A stretch of DNA of 64,000 bases from Candidatus Zixiibacteriota bacterium (GTDB lineage Bacteria; Zixibacteria; MSB-5A5; GN15; JAAZOE01), in contig JAGLON010000018.1 in NCBI GenBank assembly GCA_023138975.1, positions 160,381 through 224,380 of the forward strand. Reading direction: 5' to 3'. Of this stretch, positions 19,135 through 29,204 are shown piece after piece. Position numbers and translations under genes: made by a program. Under the pieces are notes generated by a model that saw nothing but the letters and a program-made list of their open reading frames with translations, did not search any database and was not told where the DNA came from. The first letter of the stretch is position 1; each line of letters begins with the position of its first letter.

Positions 19135-22008
19135 ATGTTAAAGAGCCGTAAAACTTTAATTGCCGTTTTGTATTTTGTTTTAATTTGCAGTTCAGTTTTA
19201 TTTGCCGCCCAGCTTCAATTGACTACTCCGAGAATAACAGAAGAATTAGAAGAAGCTGCTAATACTCGAATTGAAGATTACACATCATATATCGATGCCA
19301 ATCGGATATTTATGTTTGTGACCAATGAAGGAATGTTCGGTCGTGACCTGGCTGGAGTTTTCGGAAACGACTACGGAACCTACTATCCATATACTTCTAC
19401 CTCTGATATCATAAACGGTTTTAATACCTCGTCGCCTCTCTATGCTGCTGGTATCTGGATTGGCGGAAAAGTAAATGGGCAGACAAGAGTGGCCGTCGCA
19501 GAGTATTCAACTGAATATGTTCCCGGACCTATGCAAAACGGAACCTATCAGCCCGATCAATATGATTTCAAAAATTACAAGCTCTACAATGATAGCATGG
19601 AAAGTAATCCAAATAGTGACTATCTCAATTGGCCCGTTGATCAGGGTGCTCCGGTTGATGAATCTGGAAGACCGGTAATTAAAGGCAACCAGATGCTATG
19701 GAGCGTCTATAATGACGCAAATCCATGGCAGCATATGAGTAACCCCGGAAATACTGATCCATTAGGTATTGAAATTCAACAGTCTGTATATGCTTATAAT
19801 ATGGGCGGATTTGACTCTACCATTATACCTTCAGCACTTGAAGTCACTCATCTGGGCAGCTCCGATATAGGTTTGTCGGCCTATGGAGCAACAACTGATG
19901 TTCTGGAGGGACATGAATACATGTTGATCGTCAAGAAATTTGGTCCAGCTTCACATGAATGGAGTTTATCAAACTTGACTTCGGGAACCATACTTCTGGA
20001 TAATCAAACTCATTCCAACTTTGGCCCGATAGAGGGTTTACGTATTAACCTGGATTTCGGGACATCGGCCATATGGGAGTATGAGAGTGCCACCCCGGCT
20101 AATATCAGCCCGGTTGCAATGCAGGATTATCCGTCCTATACCGGAGGCAGATGGTTTTCCGGTACGGATTTTGGAGGCGAACTCTTTTTTGGTGGTGTCT
20201 TCATGGAACCCAGCTTCTGGGGAGTAACATCGGTTGCGCCAAATGACATCAAGCCGGTAGAAATTCGATTTCAGCCTATGGCCTCGTACACGGATCTCAC
20301 CGGTGACGGACAGTATACCATCGGCGAACCGTTTACAGTCGATGATCCGGGCCAGACACAAGGCGCATTCATGTACTACACTTTTGACGGCAATGCCTAT
20401 GAAGGTTTCTATCCCATTCCGTTCACTGCCTGGGATATATCTGATCCGGGAAATCATCGTCAGCTGAATGTTATCATCAGAGATAGAGACCAAAACCATG
20501 CTTGGAATCTGTACAGCGATGAGTACAACGCCTCCCTTCCCAATGACGGTGATTTACGTTATAACTATACTTGGATACAAGATTCTGACTATGATCCGAC
20601 CGGTACATACTATGGCGATGGTTCCGGAGGTTCGATTGATTTTTGGTCCTATAATGGCGGAAACGGCATCTGGGACGGCATGTGGGTACTCTATCTGAGA
20701 GACCGGTATAACGGAGGTATGCTCGCCGAAGAAGGAACTTTCCGGCTTTTGCCCAATACTGGCATGTCTGTGGATACGTTTTTATTCACAGCCATAGCCC
20801 CCGAGGTGATTTTTAGCGGTCCTGAAGATCAGGCGATTTATCTTGAATATAAATTGTTTAACAAAGGCTCAAACACGATAAGTGATATGTATATATCAAT
20901 GTGGGCCGATCCCGATCTGGGAGGCTTGGCAGATGATCTGGTCGGATGTGATACTATCAATGATGTGTACTTCTGCTATAATCACGATAGTTATGATGAT
21001 CAGTATTTCGATAACCCACCCGCCTTAGGCTTCAAAGTCCTGCGTGGTCCGCTGGTTCCTTCTCCTGGAGATACGGCTTACTTTGACAATATCCCTGTTC
21101 CCAATTACAAGAATATAGGTATGTCATCGTTTAATCTCTATGTCAATGGAACTGATCCGGACAACGCTGCTGAAACGTATAACTACATGCAGGGCCTTCA
21201 GCGGAACGGCGCTCCTCTCCCGAACGGAACTAAATATATGGTTCCCGGCAATCCTGTAGCAGGCACCGGTGATTTAGATGCCGCACCTGCGGACAAGCGC
21301 ATGATGGCCAGCTTTGGACCGTTTAACTTCAATCCGGGCGACAATCAATATGTACTAGTCAAAATGGCCGTCGGACGAGGTGCTGATCGGTTAGAATCAA
21401 TTACTCGGGCCATTCAAGTTCTCAATAACGATCCCGGTGGATTCCCCGATGACCCGTATCAGATGCTCTGTTCGTTATACCCTGATCCTCAGTATGCCCT
21501 TTTTCAATATGCAATCGATCCGATTCTTGATACAATCATATTAGGTCGGCTCGGTGAAGATATTGAAGACATCAATCTGGCCTCTATTCGTATTAATAAT
21601 GACTTGGTACCAATATCCACAGAGTACTTAACCGAATACGAAGGCTTCGGCGGCCGTGTCCTCCGCATAATATTCAACGGCTCTGAATTTGTTGCAGGAT
21701 ATGGCGTTGTATGGGATATGCAGTCTAAGCCATATACTGTCTCCGGACAATTTTCAGACAGTTCGCCGCTATTTTATGAAGGGATCTTTTTGCTTCGAGG
21801 CCACACCAGCGGTGACGCCAATTCTGATGGAATAATAAACGCTGCTGATGCTGTCTATCTCATCAACTATATATTCAAAAGCGGCCCGGCGCCCGATCCG
21901 ATAGAACTGGGCGACGCTAACAATGACAGCAGGATTAATGTCGGCGATGCGGTCTTCTTGATAAATTACATCTTCCGCAACGGCCCGGCACCGGGGCAAC
22001 GGCAGTAA
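19135..22008 (+). CDS. large secreted protein with a C-terminal dockerin-like double repeat; N-terminal 850 aa of unknown function
   Basis: Signal peptide MLKSRKTLIAVLYFVLICSSVLFA, RBS AGGAGGG. C-terminus GDANSDGIINAADAVYLINYIF ... GDANNDSRINVGDAVFLINYIF (two EF-hand-like Ca loops). Confidence 0.85.
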   Translation: MLKSRKTLIAVLYFVLICSSVLFAAQLQLTTPRITEELEEAANTRIEDYTSYIDANRIFMFVTNEGMFGRDLAGVFGNDYGTYYPYTSTSDIINGFNTSSPLYAAGIWIGGKVNGQTRVAVAEYSTEYVPGPMQNGTYQPDQYDFKNYKLYNDSMESNPNSDYLNWPVDQGAPVDESGRPVIKGNQMLWSVYNDANPWQHMSNPGNTDPLGIEIQQSVYAYNMGGFDSTIIPSALEVTHLGSSDIGLSAYGATTDVLEGHEYMLIVKKFGPASHEWSLSNLTSGTILLDNQTHSNFGPIEGLRINLDFGTSAIWEYESATPANISPVAMQDYPSYTGGRWFSGTDFGGELFFGGVFMEPSFWGVTSVAPNDIKPVEIRFQPMASYTDLTGDGQYTIGEPFTVDDPGQTQGAFMYYTFDGNAYEGFYPIPFTAWDISDPGNHRQLNVIIRDRDQNHAWNLYSDEYNASLPNDGDLRYNYTWIQDSDYDPTGTYYGDGSGGSIDFWSYNGGNGIWDGMWVLYLRDRYNGGMLAEEGTFRLLPNTGMSVDTFLFTAIAPEVIFSGPEDQAIYLEYKLFNKGSNTISDMYISMWADPDLGGLADDLVGCDTINDVYFCYNHDSYDDQYFDNPPALGFKVLRGPLVPSPGDTAYFDNIPVPNYKNIGMSSFNLYVNGTDPDNAAETYNYMQGLQRNGAPLPNGTKYMVPGNPVAGTGDLDAAPADKRMMASFGPFNFNPGDNQYVLVKMAVGRGADRLESITRAIQVLNNDPGGFPDDPYQMLCSLYPDPQYALFQYAIDPILDTIILGRLGEDIEDINLASIRINNDLVPISTEYLTEYEGFGGRVLRIIFNGSEFVAGYGVVWDMQSKPYTVSGQFSDSSPLFYEGIFLLRGHTSGDANSDGIINAADAVYLINYIFKSGPAPDPIELGDANNDSRINVGDAVFLINYIFRNGPAPGQRQ

Positions 22009-22023
22009 TAGATTTTGCAGATT

Positions 22024-22056
22024 GACTGTGATTATTCCTTTGGGGTAATCACAGTC
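22024..22056. other. 11-bp-stem hairpin at convergent gene ends
   Basis: gactgtgatta-N11-taatcacagtc. Overlaps the 3-prime end of the minus-strand lipoprotein gene. No T-run. Confidence 0.4.
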
Positions 22057-22532
22057 ACTCGCACGTTGCGATTTTCTAAATGTAGTCGGCAAGGTAATAA
22101 TTCATCTACTCGTAAAAACATCTGATGAGAATCTGTGATATAGTCTGAAATAGCACAGCCTCTTTTCGTCATCGAATAATACGACCAAAACCCACCGTCA
22201 TAGCCAAATTCCGATACCGCCTCATTTGTTTCTACCCAAAGGAGTGTTTTGATATTGCGTACGTGATGCGCAAATTGTAACACCGTACTTGAAAAATATG
22301 AGACTTCAATATCATCAATTGTGCCCGCTTGAATCCCATCAATACCGGAGAAATCAAAAATGAATTGACAATGGGTTGTGTCGGCTGTCGGTATTATTTC
22401 GACGGTGAAAGTATCCATAAGAGTGTTTTGCGATCCGCTATTGTCAGGGTCAGTCGATTTTCCACACGATACTACTAACAGAAACACCAGAACTGCAATC
22501 AGACCGTAGTAAATGACATTAAACTTCTTCAT
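22032..22532 (-). CDS. hypothetical lipoprotein
   Basis: MKKFNVIYYGLIAVLVFLLVVSCG lipobox; 166 aa. Confidence 0.65.
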   Translation of the reverse strand: MKKFNVIYYGLIAVLVFLLVVSCGKSTDPDNSGSQNTLMDTFTVEIIPTADTTHCQFIFDFSGIDGIQAGTIDDIEVSYFSSTVLQFAHHVRNIKTLLWVETNEAVSEFGYDGGFWSYYSMTKRGCAISDYITDSHQMFLRVDELLPCRLHLENRNVRVTVITPKE

Positions 22533-22659
22533 GATCCCCTCCCATCAGAATAACGCCTACAGTATATAGACTATTATAATACTGTTTTTGTTTATTTTAG
22601 GCTATGAAATATTTCCTCACAGCATTTGCATTAGTCGATGATTGTACTATCAGCCTTGT

Positions 22660-23160
22660 AGATTTAACCACCCCCTCGCCCCCTCCTTACTAAGGAGGGG
22701 GATGGGGGAGGTTCGCTGTAAACATGGATAGTAGGGCAGGTTCCCTTAGGAACCTGCCAATGCCAAACATAGGTGACATTCCTATGGCAGGACCCCTAAC
22801 AATATTAGGACTATAGCCTTTATTTCCCCTCTCTAGAGGGGACCTGTATCACGCCATCTTAGTTTATAATTCATTTGAGATGTCCAGAATAATTGCTTGT
22901 GTGTTAAAATAGACTCCAATAATTAAACCTAAACTGCAGAAATTAACAACATCGTCCCCTCTATAAGAGGGGTGCCCGACAGGCTATAGTCCCGCTCTGC
23001 GGGGGCGGGGTGTGTTAACTTGTGGAAAGCGTAAAATGGGTTTACTTGTCTGTTTAGAAAATCTTTCGAGCGTAAGCGAGTTAGATTATCTTAATCCCGC
23101 ATTTTAATGCGGGACGACGAGTACTCCGTGGATGCTCATTTTTTAAAGTTTTTTGAGTAG
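22660..23160. repeat. hairpin-module mosaic A (REP/BIME-like)
   Basis: Modules shared with other gaps: 22666-22712, 22731-22766, 22808-22818, 22948-23018, 23053-23114, 23133-23154 (see findings). Confidence 0.85.
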
Positions 23161-23439
23161 TCCTGATTCGGTTGATATGCTGGCAATGCCTTATTGAGGC
23201 CACCCGGCATGGGTTTCTAGCTACCGCGGTAATTATAATATTCTTAAGGTTTACCGTGAACATAGTTATCCATTGTTTAGACTGTTAGTTATAGAGGTGT
23301 ATTCGAGATTTGCAGTGAATTGGTACTGAATCTGTTACCTAAGTGCCTAGGCTATAGTGTCACTCAATTTTCTGAGAGATACAATTTTGAATTTCTGTTT
23401 GAACAGATTGTATCATCTGTTTCCTGCGGACACAAAGCA

Positions 23440-23466
23440 CTTGGCGGGAGAATTCTCCCGCCCAAG
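23440..23466 (-). terminator. terminator-like hairpin after the FG-GAP/dockerin gene
   Basis: cttggcgggag-aatt-ctcccgcccaag, 24 nt past the stop. Weak T-run (tgctttgtg). Confidence 0.45.
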
Positions 23467-23489
23467 TATTTAATATTGTTCACTTTAGC

Positions 23490-25844
23490 TTATTTTCCGC
23501 ATCCGTCAAGCGGTGGGCCCCCATCCCGGAAAATGAAATTAATCAGATACACAGCATCAGCGAGATTAACAATTTCATCGCCATTCATATTTCCCGCACA
23601 TAAAGGACTTGGTGCAGCTCCAGCTCTAAAAATATAGTTAATGAGAAAAACAGCATCACTGAGGTGGAGAATCCCATCACCGTTGGCGTCACCGGGCACT
23701 ACTTGACTTCCATTACTAAAGGTCTTGTTATAAAGTGTGGCGTATACTGTTGTAATATCAATGTCTCCGTCAGAGTCAAAATCAATTCCTACCGGGTTGC
23801 TCCCAATGATATGATAATGATCGGGCTCAGCAAAAGTACCATCCCCGGCTCCCAACAAAACTGTCAAGTTGCCCGATATTACCCCGGTTATATCAGGAAA
23901 TCCATCGCTATTGATATCAGCGCACAAAGGCTGTCTGCCTCCACACTCGTAATGAACAGGACCTGAGAATGTCCCATTCCCATTATTTAGAAAGATTGAT
24001 GTATTATCGTCGGTTGAAGCCGCTATATCATTGTCTCCGTCATTATCAAAATCCTCCGCCAGCAAACCATAAACTCTATCAATACTGCCCGTAGTATAGC
24101 TTACCGTATCGGCAAATGTTCCATTACCGTTACTCAGCAAGACAACAAAGCCATCTACTATTCCATATTCCAAAAACACCAGATCAACATCACCATCATC
24201 ATCTAAATCAGTAACATCCATAGCACCGGGTGCACCCCCTTCATGAAGATAAGTAGCCGTGCCGAATGTCCCGTCACCGTTATTCAGGCTTATAAAGACG
24301 CCTGATGGATAACTTGAATACGAAATAGTTAGATCGATATCTCCATCCCCATCAAAATCTCCACCCGATAGATATTTGGCTTTACTCCCAATGGAAGAAA
24401 TAATAGCTGACCCAAAAGTTCCATCACCATTATTCGGATATATATATATATCCGTCAAAAGAGAAAATCCTACTGCCAAATCAATATAATCGTCACCGTT
24501 ATAATCAGAACCAAATACTGACAGCGGACGGTCAGGAAGTGCGATGTAGTACGGTGTGTTGTAGGGATCAGGACTATTATTCAGATAAACTGAAATAGAG
24601 CTATCGCTATAATTTGCAGTAGCAATATCATCATGCATCCAATCACCATCAAGGTCGCCGACCCACATATTATAAATCGATCTTACAGCCCGATAAGGTG
24701 TTCCAGCAAACGTTCCATCGCTATTATTCATCAAGACTGCAATTGCGGTTCCTTGACTTACTGCCAGATCAACATTTCCGTCATCATCAAGATCACCAGC
24801 AACCAGCGCGGCTTTGAGACTACCGCCATAATAACCTATTGGCGAAGCAAATGTTCCATCTCCATTGTTTGAAAGAATAGCAATAGTATACGTCCCTCCC
24901 CTGCCAACAACCGCCAGATCAATATCACCATCCGCGTCAAAATCGGCGGCATTTATAGTATTCGATTTTTCAGTTGCGGCATATTTAATAGCCGCACCAA
25001 AAGCACCACTGCCGTCATTTATAAGGATTGAAACGGTATCGGTAACGCTATTAGCGAAAGCAAGGTCCTTATAACCATCACCGTTAAAATCTGCTCCGGT
25101 TACAGAATTCTGAGCCTCACCCAGATCATAATAAACGCCTGCTGCAAACCCTCCAGAACCATTGTTCAGTCGAACGCAGGCACTATTACTTCCCTTGCTG
25201 CCGACCGCCACATCGATATCTCCATCACCATTCAGGTCAGATGCAAAAATTGAATAGGGCAAGGAGCCAACCGTATGGTAGGTGGGTGTTCCAAATACGC
25301 CTGTGCTATCGTTTAGCATTATTGAAATCTGGTTATTGGTAGTTGCTGTGATTACCAGATCATTATCAAAATCACCATCAATATCGGCTATCGTCACGAA
25401 TCGAGGCTGACCGTGAGTATAGTAGCTGATTCTACTTTCAAAGGTTCCATCACCATTATTTTTCGAAACAAAGACATTTCTGCTGCCGGTAAGAATACTG
25501 GATACGCACACCAGATCGATATCGTTATCACCATCAATATCGGCTCCGCTTATAGACATCGGCAACATCCCGGTTAGGTATTCCTCCGCTTCGGCATAGG
25601 TCCCATCGCCATTGTTCAGCAAAACCGAAATATAACTATTATTTTGCGCATCAACTCTTGTGTAAACAACCGCCAAGTCAATATCGCCATCACCATCAAA
25701 ATCCGCAGCGAACATATCCCCGGCACTCCAGACCTCATAAATGGGCGGAAGCCAGTCAAAAAGGTCACCGGCTATAACATTAGCTGTGGGCGTTGAAATC
25801 ATAAAAACGGTTAATATTGTGAGTGTCATCAGCAATTTTCGCAT
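23490..25844 (-). CDS. secreted FG-GAP/VCBS-repeat (beta-propeller) protein with a C-terminal dockerin-like double repeat
   Basis: At least 11 repeats of FxxADFDGDGDIDLxV type. C-terminus GDANGDGILHLSDAVFLINYIF ... NMNGDEIVNLADAVYLINFIF. Start set at MRKLLMTLTIL (25844, GGAGA RBS); the 94-codon upstream extension in the ORF track is rejected. Confidence 0.85.
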   Translation of the reverse strand: MRKLLMTLTILTVFMISTPTANVIAGDLFDWLPPIYEVWSAGDMFAADFDGDGDIDLAVVYTRVDAQNNSYISVLLNNGDGTYAEAEEYLTGMLPMSISGADIDGDNDIDLVCVSSILTGSRNVFVSKNNGDGTFESRISYYTHGQPRFVTIADIDGDFDNDLVITATTNNQISIMLNDSTGVFGTPTYHTVGSLPYSIFASDLNGDGDIDVAVGSKGSNSACVRLNNGSGGFAAGVYYDLGEAQNSVTGADFNGDGYKDLAFANSVTDTVSILINDGSGAFGAAIKYAATEKSNTINAADFDADGDIDLAVVGRGGTYTIAILSNNGDGTFASPIGYYGGSLKAALVAGDLDDDGNVDLAVSQGTAIAVLMNNSDGTFAGTPYRAVRSIYNMWVGDLDGDWMHDDIATANYSDSSISVYLNNSPDPYNTPYYIALPDRPLSVFGSDYNGDDYIDLAVGFSLLTDIYIYPNNGDGTFGSAIISSIGSKAKYLSGGDFDGDGDIDLTISYSSYPSGVFISLNNGDGTFGTATYLHEGGAPGAMDVTDLDDDGDVDLVFLEYGIVDGFVVLLSNGNGTFADTVSYTTGSIDRVYGLLAEDFDNDGDNDIAASTDDNTSIFLNNGNGTFSGPVHYECGGRQPLCADINSDGFPDITGVISGNLTVLLGAGDGTFAEPDHYHIIGSNPVGIDFDSDGDIDITTVYATLYNKTFSNGSQVVPGDANGDGILHLSDAVFLINYIFRAGAAPSPLCAGNMNGDEIVNLADAVYLINFIFRDGGPPLDGCGK

Positions 25845-26134
25845 GTAGGATTTCTCCATAGCTAATAGGATGGTAAATATCTTCATAATATCCCCCGATG
25901 GGTGAATAACTAGTAGATGTCCGCAAATCGATTTGCCCCAGTATAAACGGATAGGCCTACCCAAATGCCCCAAACTTGGTATTGTCTCGTGTGCTCTTTT
26001 GATGCCCCGCAACGCAATAATTGCATGCGGAGAAAAGTGATACTTGTATCTATATATAATATGCAATTGTGATTCTGTCAATAGAGCTTTTTCTTCAGAC
26101 TGTAAAGCCAATAAGAGTACTCTCAACCACAGAA

Positions 26135-26170
26135 CAAAAAAGCCCCTTCGAGGTTACTCAAAAGGGCTTT
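26135..26170 (-). terminator. rho-independent terminator after tRNA-Leu
   Basis: Minus strand reads aaagccctt...aaggggcttt followed by TTTTTTG. Confidence 0.6.
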
Positions 26171-26178
26171 CAAATCTA

Positions 26179-26262
26179 TGCCGAAGGAGGGATTCGAACC
26201 CTCACGCCCGTAAGGACACTGCGCCCTGAACACAGCATGTCTACCAGTTCCATCACTTCGGC
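26179..26262 (-). tRNA. tRNA-Leu (anticodon CAG), long variable arm, CCA not encoded
   Basis: Minus strand reads GCCGAAGTGATGGAACTGGTAGACATGCTGTGTTCAGGGCGCAGTGTCCTTACGGGCGTGAGGGTTCGAATCCCTCCTTCGGCA. 7-bp acceptor stem, anticodon stem CTGTG/CGCAG with loop TTCAGGG, GGTTCGAATCC T-loop. Confidence 0.9.
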
Positions 26263-26449
26263 TTTTCCGAGCAGATAATATATATAAATATTTGGACTAA
26301 GCAACTGTTTTTTCGTCCTAATATTGCAGCCAAAAAGCTCGGAACATTCACCCCATTTGCCGATTATAACTTGTAATGATTGTTTTTGTTGTTAATCGGG
26401 AAATGAAACCAGTTCTTGTGGAAGACCCGAATAGTTTTAAGGAGACTAA

Positions 26450-27817
26450 ATGAAAGTCTGTATTAGTGTTACTCTTCTCATCTGTCTGTTATTACCATTT
26501 CCAGTCTTTGCGGTATCGCCGTATCAGCAGGAAATTTATAGCGCTCGTGACCGTGTTTTACCGGCGCTTATTCATATTCAGCCGGTGGTAATCGACTACA
26601 TTACCGGCCGGGAAAAGAAACATTCCGTGGTCGGTTCGGGAATCATTATCTCCGCCGACGGCTACGCTGTAACCAACTATCATGTTGCCGGCCGAGCCGA
26701 GCGGATCATCTGCACCCTGCATGACAGGGAGCAGGTTCCTGCAGTCCTTATCGGAGGCGATCCGGCCACCGATCTGGCCGTTATCAAATTAGACCTTTCA
26801 GAGTATTCCGGCAAGCTTGACCCGGCTGTCTTCGGTTCATCAAGCGACTTGCAAGTTGGACAAACGGTGCTGGCACTGGGTTCTCCTCTGGCTCTATCCC
26901 GCTCGCTGTCCAAGGGCGTAATATCGACTTTAAACCGCTTCTTCCCCGGCAATATAAGACTTCCCTCCGGTGAAAAAACCGGTAAGTATAATACCTGGCT
27001 GCAAACCGACGCGGCCATCAACCCCGGCAACTCCGGCGGACCGTTAGTAAATCTTGATGGCGAAGTCATGGGGATAAATACCCGAGGCGTTTTCTTTGCC
27101 GAAAACATAGGCTTTTCGATTCCGGTTGATATCGTCAAGGAAGTAACGGCCAAGCTAATTGAATTCGGAAAGGTTGACCGCAGTTGGATTGGCGTTCACG
27201 CTCAACCGCTGCAGGATCTGGAATCATTCTTCGGAACCGAAACTAACCGCGGCGTATTGATAGCCTCAATCGACCCCGGCTCACCAGCTGAGAAAGCGGG
27301 ACTGAAGGCAGGACAGATTATCCTGAAATATAATGGCCATGATGTATCGGCCCGGTTTGAGGAAGAATTGCCGGCCTTTTATCAGATTATAGCATCTTCT
27401 CCAGCCAATACCGAAGTTGAAGTTGTTCTTCATAACGGTGATGATAAAGTTATAAAGATTATTCCGAGAGCGCTGGGCGCTCTTCAGGGTGATGATTTCG
27501 ATTTCGAGAAATGGGGTTTCACCGCCAAAGCGATTACCAATCAAATGGCTATCGATCGCAGACTCGATGATACTCTGGGCGTTTTTGTGACTCAATCGGC
27601 AATGGCCGGTGCCGCCTTTAGCGGAGGTCTTCATCGAGGCGATGTTATCATGGAGCTAAACAATAAACCGGTCAACAGCCTCGATGAACTAAAAACAACC
27701 TATGATGAAATGCAGGAAGCGGAAAAAATCCTTCTGACGATTAATCGTAGCGAAACCCGCCGCCTGGTCCTGATGAAACTGGACAACGAAGAGGATACTG
27801 AAGACGATGAAAAATAA
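26450..27817 (+). CDS. htrA: HtrA/DegP-family periplasmic serine protease with two PDZ domains
   Basis: Signal peptide. Catalytic TNYHV (His), DLAVIKL (Asp), GNSGGPLV (Ser). PDZ motifs GSPAEKAGLKAGQIIL and GLHRGDVIMELN. Confidence 0.9.
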   Translation: MKVCISVTLLICLLLPFPVFAVSPYQQEIYSARDRVLPALIHIQPVVIDYITGREKKHSVVGSGIIISADGYAVTNYHVAGRAERIICTLHDREQVPAVLIGGDPATDLAVIKLDLSEYSGKLDPAVFGSSSDLQVGQTVLALGSPLALSRSLSKGVISTLNRFFPGNIRLPSGEKTGKYNTWLQTDAAINPGNSGGPLVNLDGEVMGINTRGVFFAENIGFSIPVDIVKEVTAKLIEFGKVDRSWIGVHAQPLQDLESFFGTETNRGVLIASIDPGSPAEKAGLKAGQIILKYNGHDVSARFEEELPAFYQIIASSPANTEVEVVLHNGDDKVIKIIPRALGALQGDDFDFEKWGFTAKAITNQMAIDRRLDDTLGVFVTQSAMAGAAFSGGLHRGDVIMELNNKPVNSLDELKTTYDEMQEAEKILLTINRSETRRLVLMKLDNEEDTEDDEK

Positions 27818-29204
27818 GCTGTTTGTTCTAATAATCACGATGCTGTCCGTTTCAGTTCTTTGGGCCGGAGACGCTAATTTCCAAAAGCTGTTTGATAAAG
27901 TGAACCCGCACCTCGTTTCGGTGGAATATAAGGCCGAGATGAATTTTATGGGTCAGTCCGAAGATATCGAGGGACGTGTCCCCGGCATCATTATCAACGG
28001 CAATATTGTTATCTTCGACGGGACATCATTGGGAGCCGGAAGACTGGCAACCGACATGTACGGCTCGCCTCAGGTTGATAAACCGAAATCCATCAAAATC
28101 ACGGATTATAACGACAACACGTATGATGCCGAGTATATCGGCGTTGATGATTACAGTCTAATCGCGTTTTGCCGTCTCCCCGATTCGGCCATGAAAAACC
28201 TGAAAGCAGTAGAGCTTAAAAATAAATCATTGCGGCTGGGTGAGGAAGTTTACGTTTTCTGGATGCTGCCGAAAAGCTACAATCCCAAATATCAACTGAC
28301 CAAAACCAGAATCACCTCGGTCCTGACTAAACCGGAAAAATTCTATCTCACCGGTGAACTGCCTCAGGAGTTTGTTCTGTCTCCGGTCGTTACGGCCAAA
28401 GGAGAGATGATCGGTATTATCACCCCGGTAACACAGGTACCGTCTTATACCCGCTTTGATTACGGTAACGTTTTCGGCAATCCGGTCGGGATTATGCCTC
28501 TGGAGCGGTTTGAGAAAATCATCAATAACCCGCCCGAAGAGGATAAAGTAAAACGCGGCTGGATGGGAATTTCACTTCAGGCGCTCGACCCGGAAATTGC
28601 TGAATTCTGGGATGTCAAAGTTGACGGCGGGATTATCCTAACGGATATAATCGATAATTCTCCCGCGGAAAAGGCCGGTCTGAAAGCCGGTGATTTCTTG
28701 ATCAAACTCAACGGCGAATCAATTGATGTTACGGAAGATGAAAACATTTCTATCTTCCAAAAGAAAGTTTCCGAATTAGGCGCTGGCTCGGAAATTACAC
28801 TGCTCTATATTCGTCCCGGTGACAATCAAGTGGATTCGAATGAAGTTACCATCGTTTTGGCCGAACGGCCGGGCGCTCGCAGTGACGCTCCCAAGCATGA
28901 AGATGAAAACTTCGACCTGACGGTACGGGATATGGTTTTTGCCGACTATAATGCCCGTAATCTAAAAGAGGACGAAATCTCCGGCGTCATCGTCGAGAAA
29001 ATCGAACAAGGCGGATGGGCCGCGGTCGGAGGTCTCCGTACCGGTCTTATCATCACGCAAATCAATGGCAACGAGATTGTCTCGGTTGAGGACTTCAAGA
29101 CCATCATGGCCGAGATTGAGAGCAGCAAAGACAAAGAAGTTGTATTCATGACGTGGCGGCGCAACAAGACAAAATTTGTGCACGTCAAAACCCACTGGGA
29201 ATAA
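27807..29204 (+). CDS. HtrA-like protein with two PDZ domains but a degenerate catalytic triad (pseudo-protease)
   Basis: Overlaps htrA by 11 nt. Where htrA has TNYHV it has VIFDG, and where htrA has GNSGGPLVNLDGEVMGI it has EFVLSPVVTAKGEMIGI. PDZ motifs NSPAEKAGLKAGDFLIKLNG and GLRTGLIITQING. Confidence 0.8.
   Translation: MKNKLFVLIITMLSVSVLWAGDANFQKLFDKVNPHLVSVEYKAEMNFMGQSEDIEGRVPGIIINGNIVIFDGTSLGAGRLATDMYGSPQVDKPKSIKITDYNDNTYDAEYIGVDDYSLIAFCRLPDSAMKNLKAVELKNKSLRLGEEVYVFWMLPKSYNPKYQLTKTRITSVLTKPEKFYLTGELPQEFVLSPVVTAKGEMIGIITPVTQVPSYTRFDYGNVFGNPVGIMPLERFEKIINNPPEEDKVKRGWMGISLQALDPEIAEFWDVKVDGGIILTDIIDNSPAEKAGLKAGDFLIKLNGESIDVTEDENISIFQKKVSELGAGSEITLLYIRPGDNQVDSNEVTIVLAERPGARSDAPKHEDENFDLTVRDMVFADYNARNLKEDEISGVIVEKIEQGGWAAVGGLRTGLIITQINGNEIVSVEDFKTIMAEIESSKDKEVVFMTWRRNKTKFVHVKTHWE

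Noticed and set aside
22533-23489. The long (600-950 nt) hairpin-rich gaps as single large structured ncRNAs (GOLLD/ROOL/OLE-like)
   Set aside because: The gaps are not colinear with one another. They share short modules in shuffled order and orientation, which fits dispersed repeats better than one conserved RNA architecture. I saw no known ncRNA signature motifs (RNase P, SRP, tmRNA).
24438-24451. (AT)7 dinucleotide tract inside the FG-GAP/dockerin gene as a phase-variation switch
   Set aside because: It encodes DIYIYP in frame. Seven units is short, and there is no supporting evidence for length variation from a single sequence. Worth a glance in population reads only.
25845-26126. N-terminal extensions given by the ORF track (25845-26126, 52950-53024, 54216-54308, 39091-39171, 58051-58134, 9015-9038, 2307-2330)
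   Set aside because: Internal starts have proper RBSs and give signal peptides or lipoboxes or canonical N-termini. One extension contains a terminator (52984-53013) and another runs into repeat modules.
26179-26262. tRNA-Leu as an integration site for a genomic island carrying the dockerin genes
   Set aside because: I could find no integrase, no direct repeat of the tRNA 3-prime end, and no phage or conjugation genes nearby.
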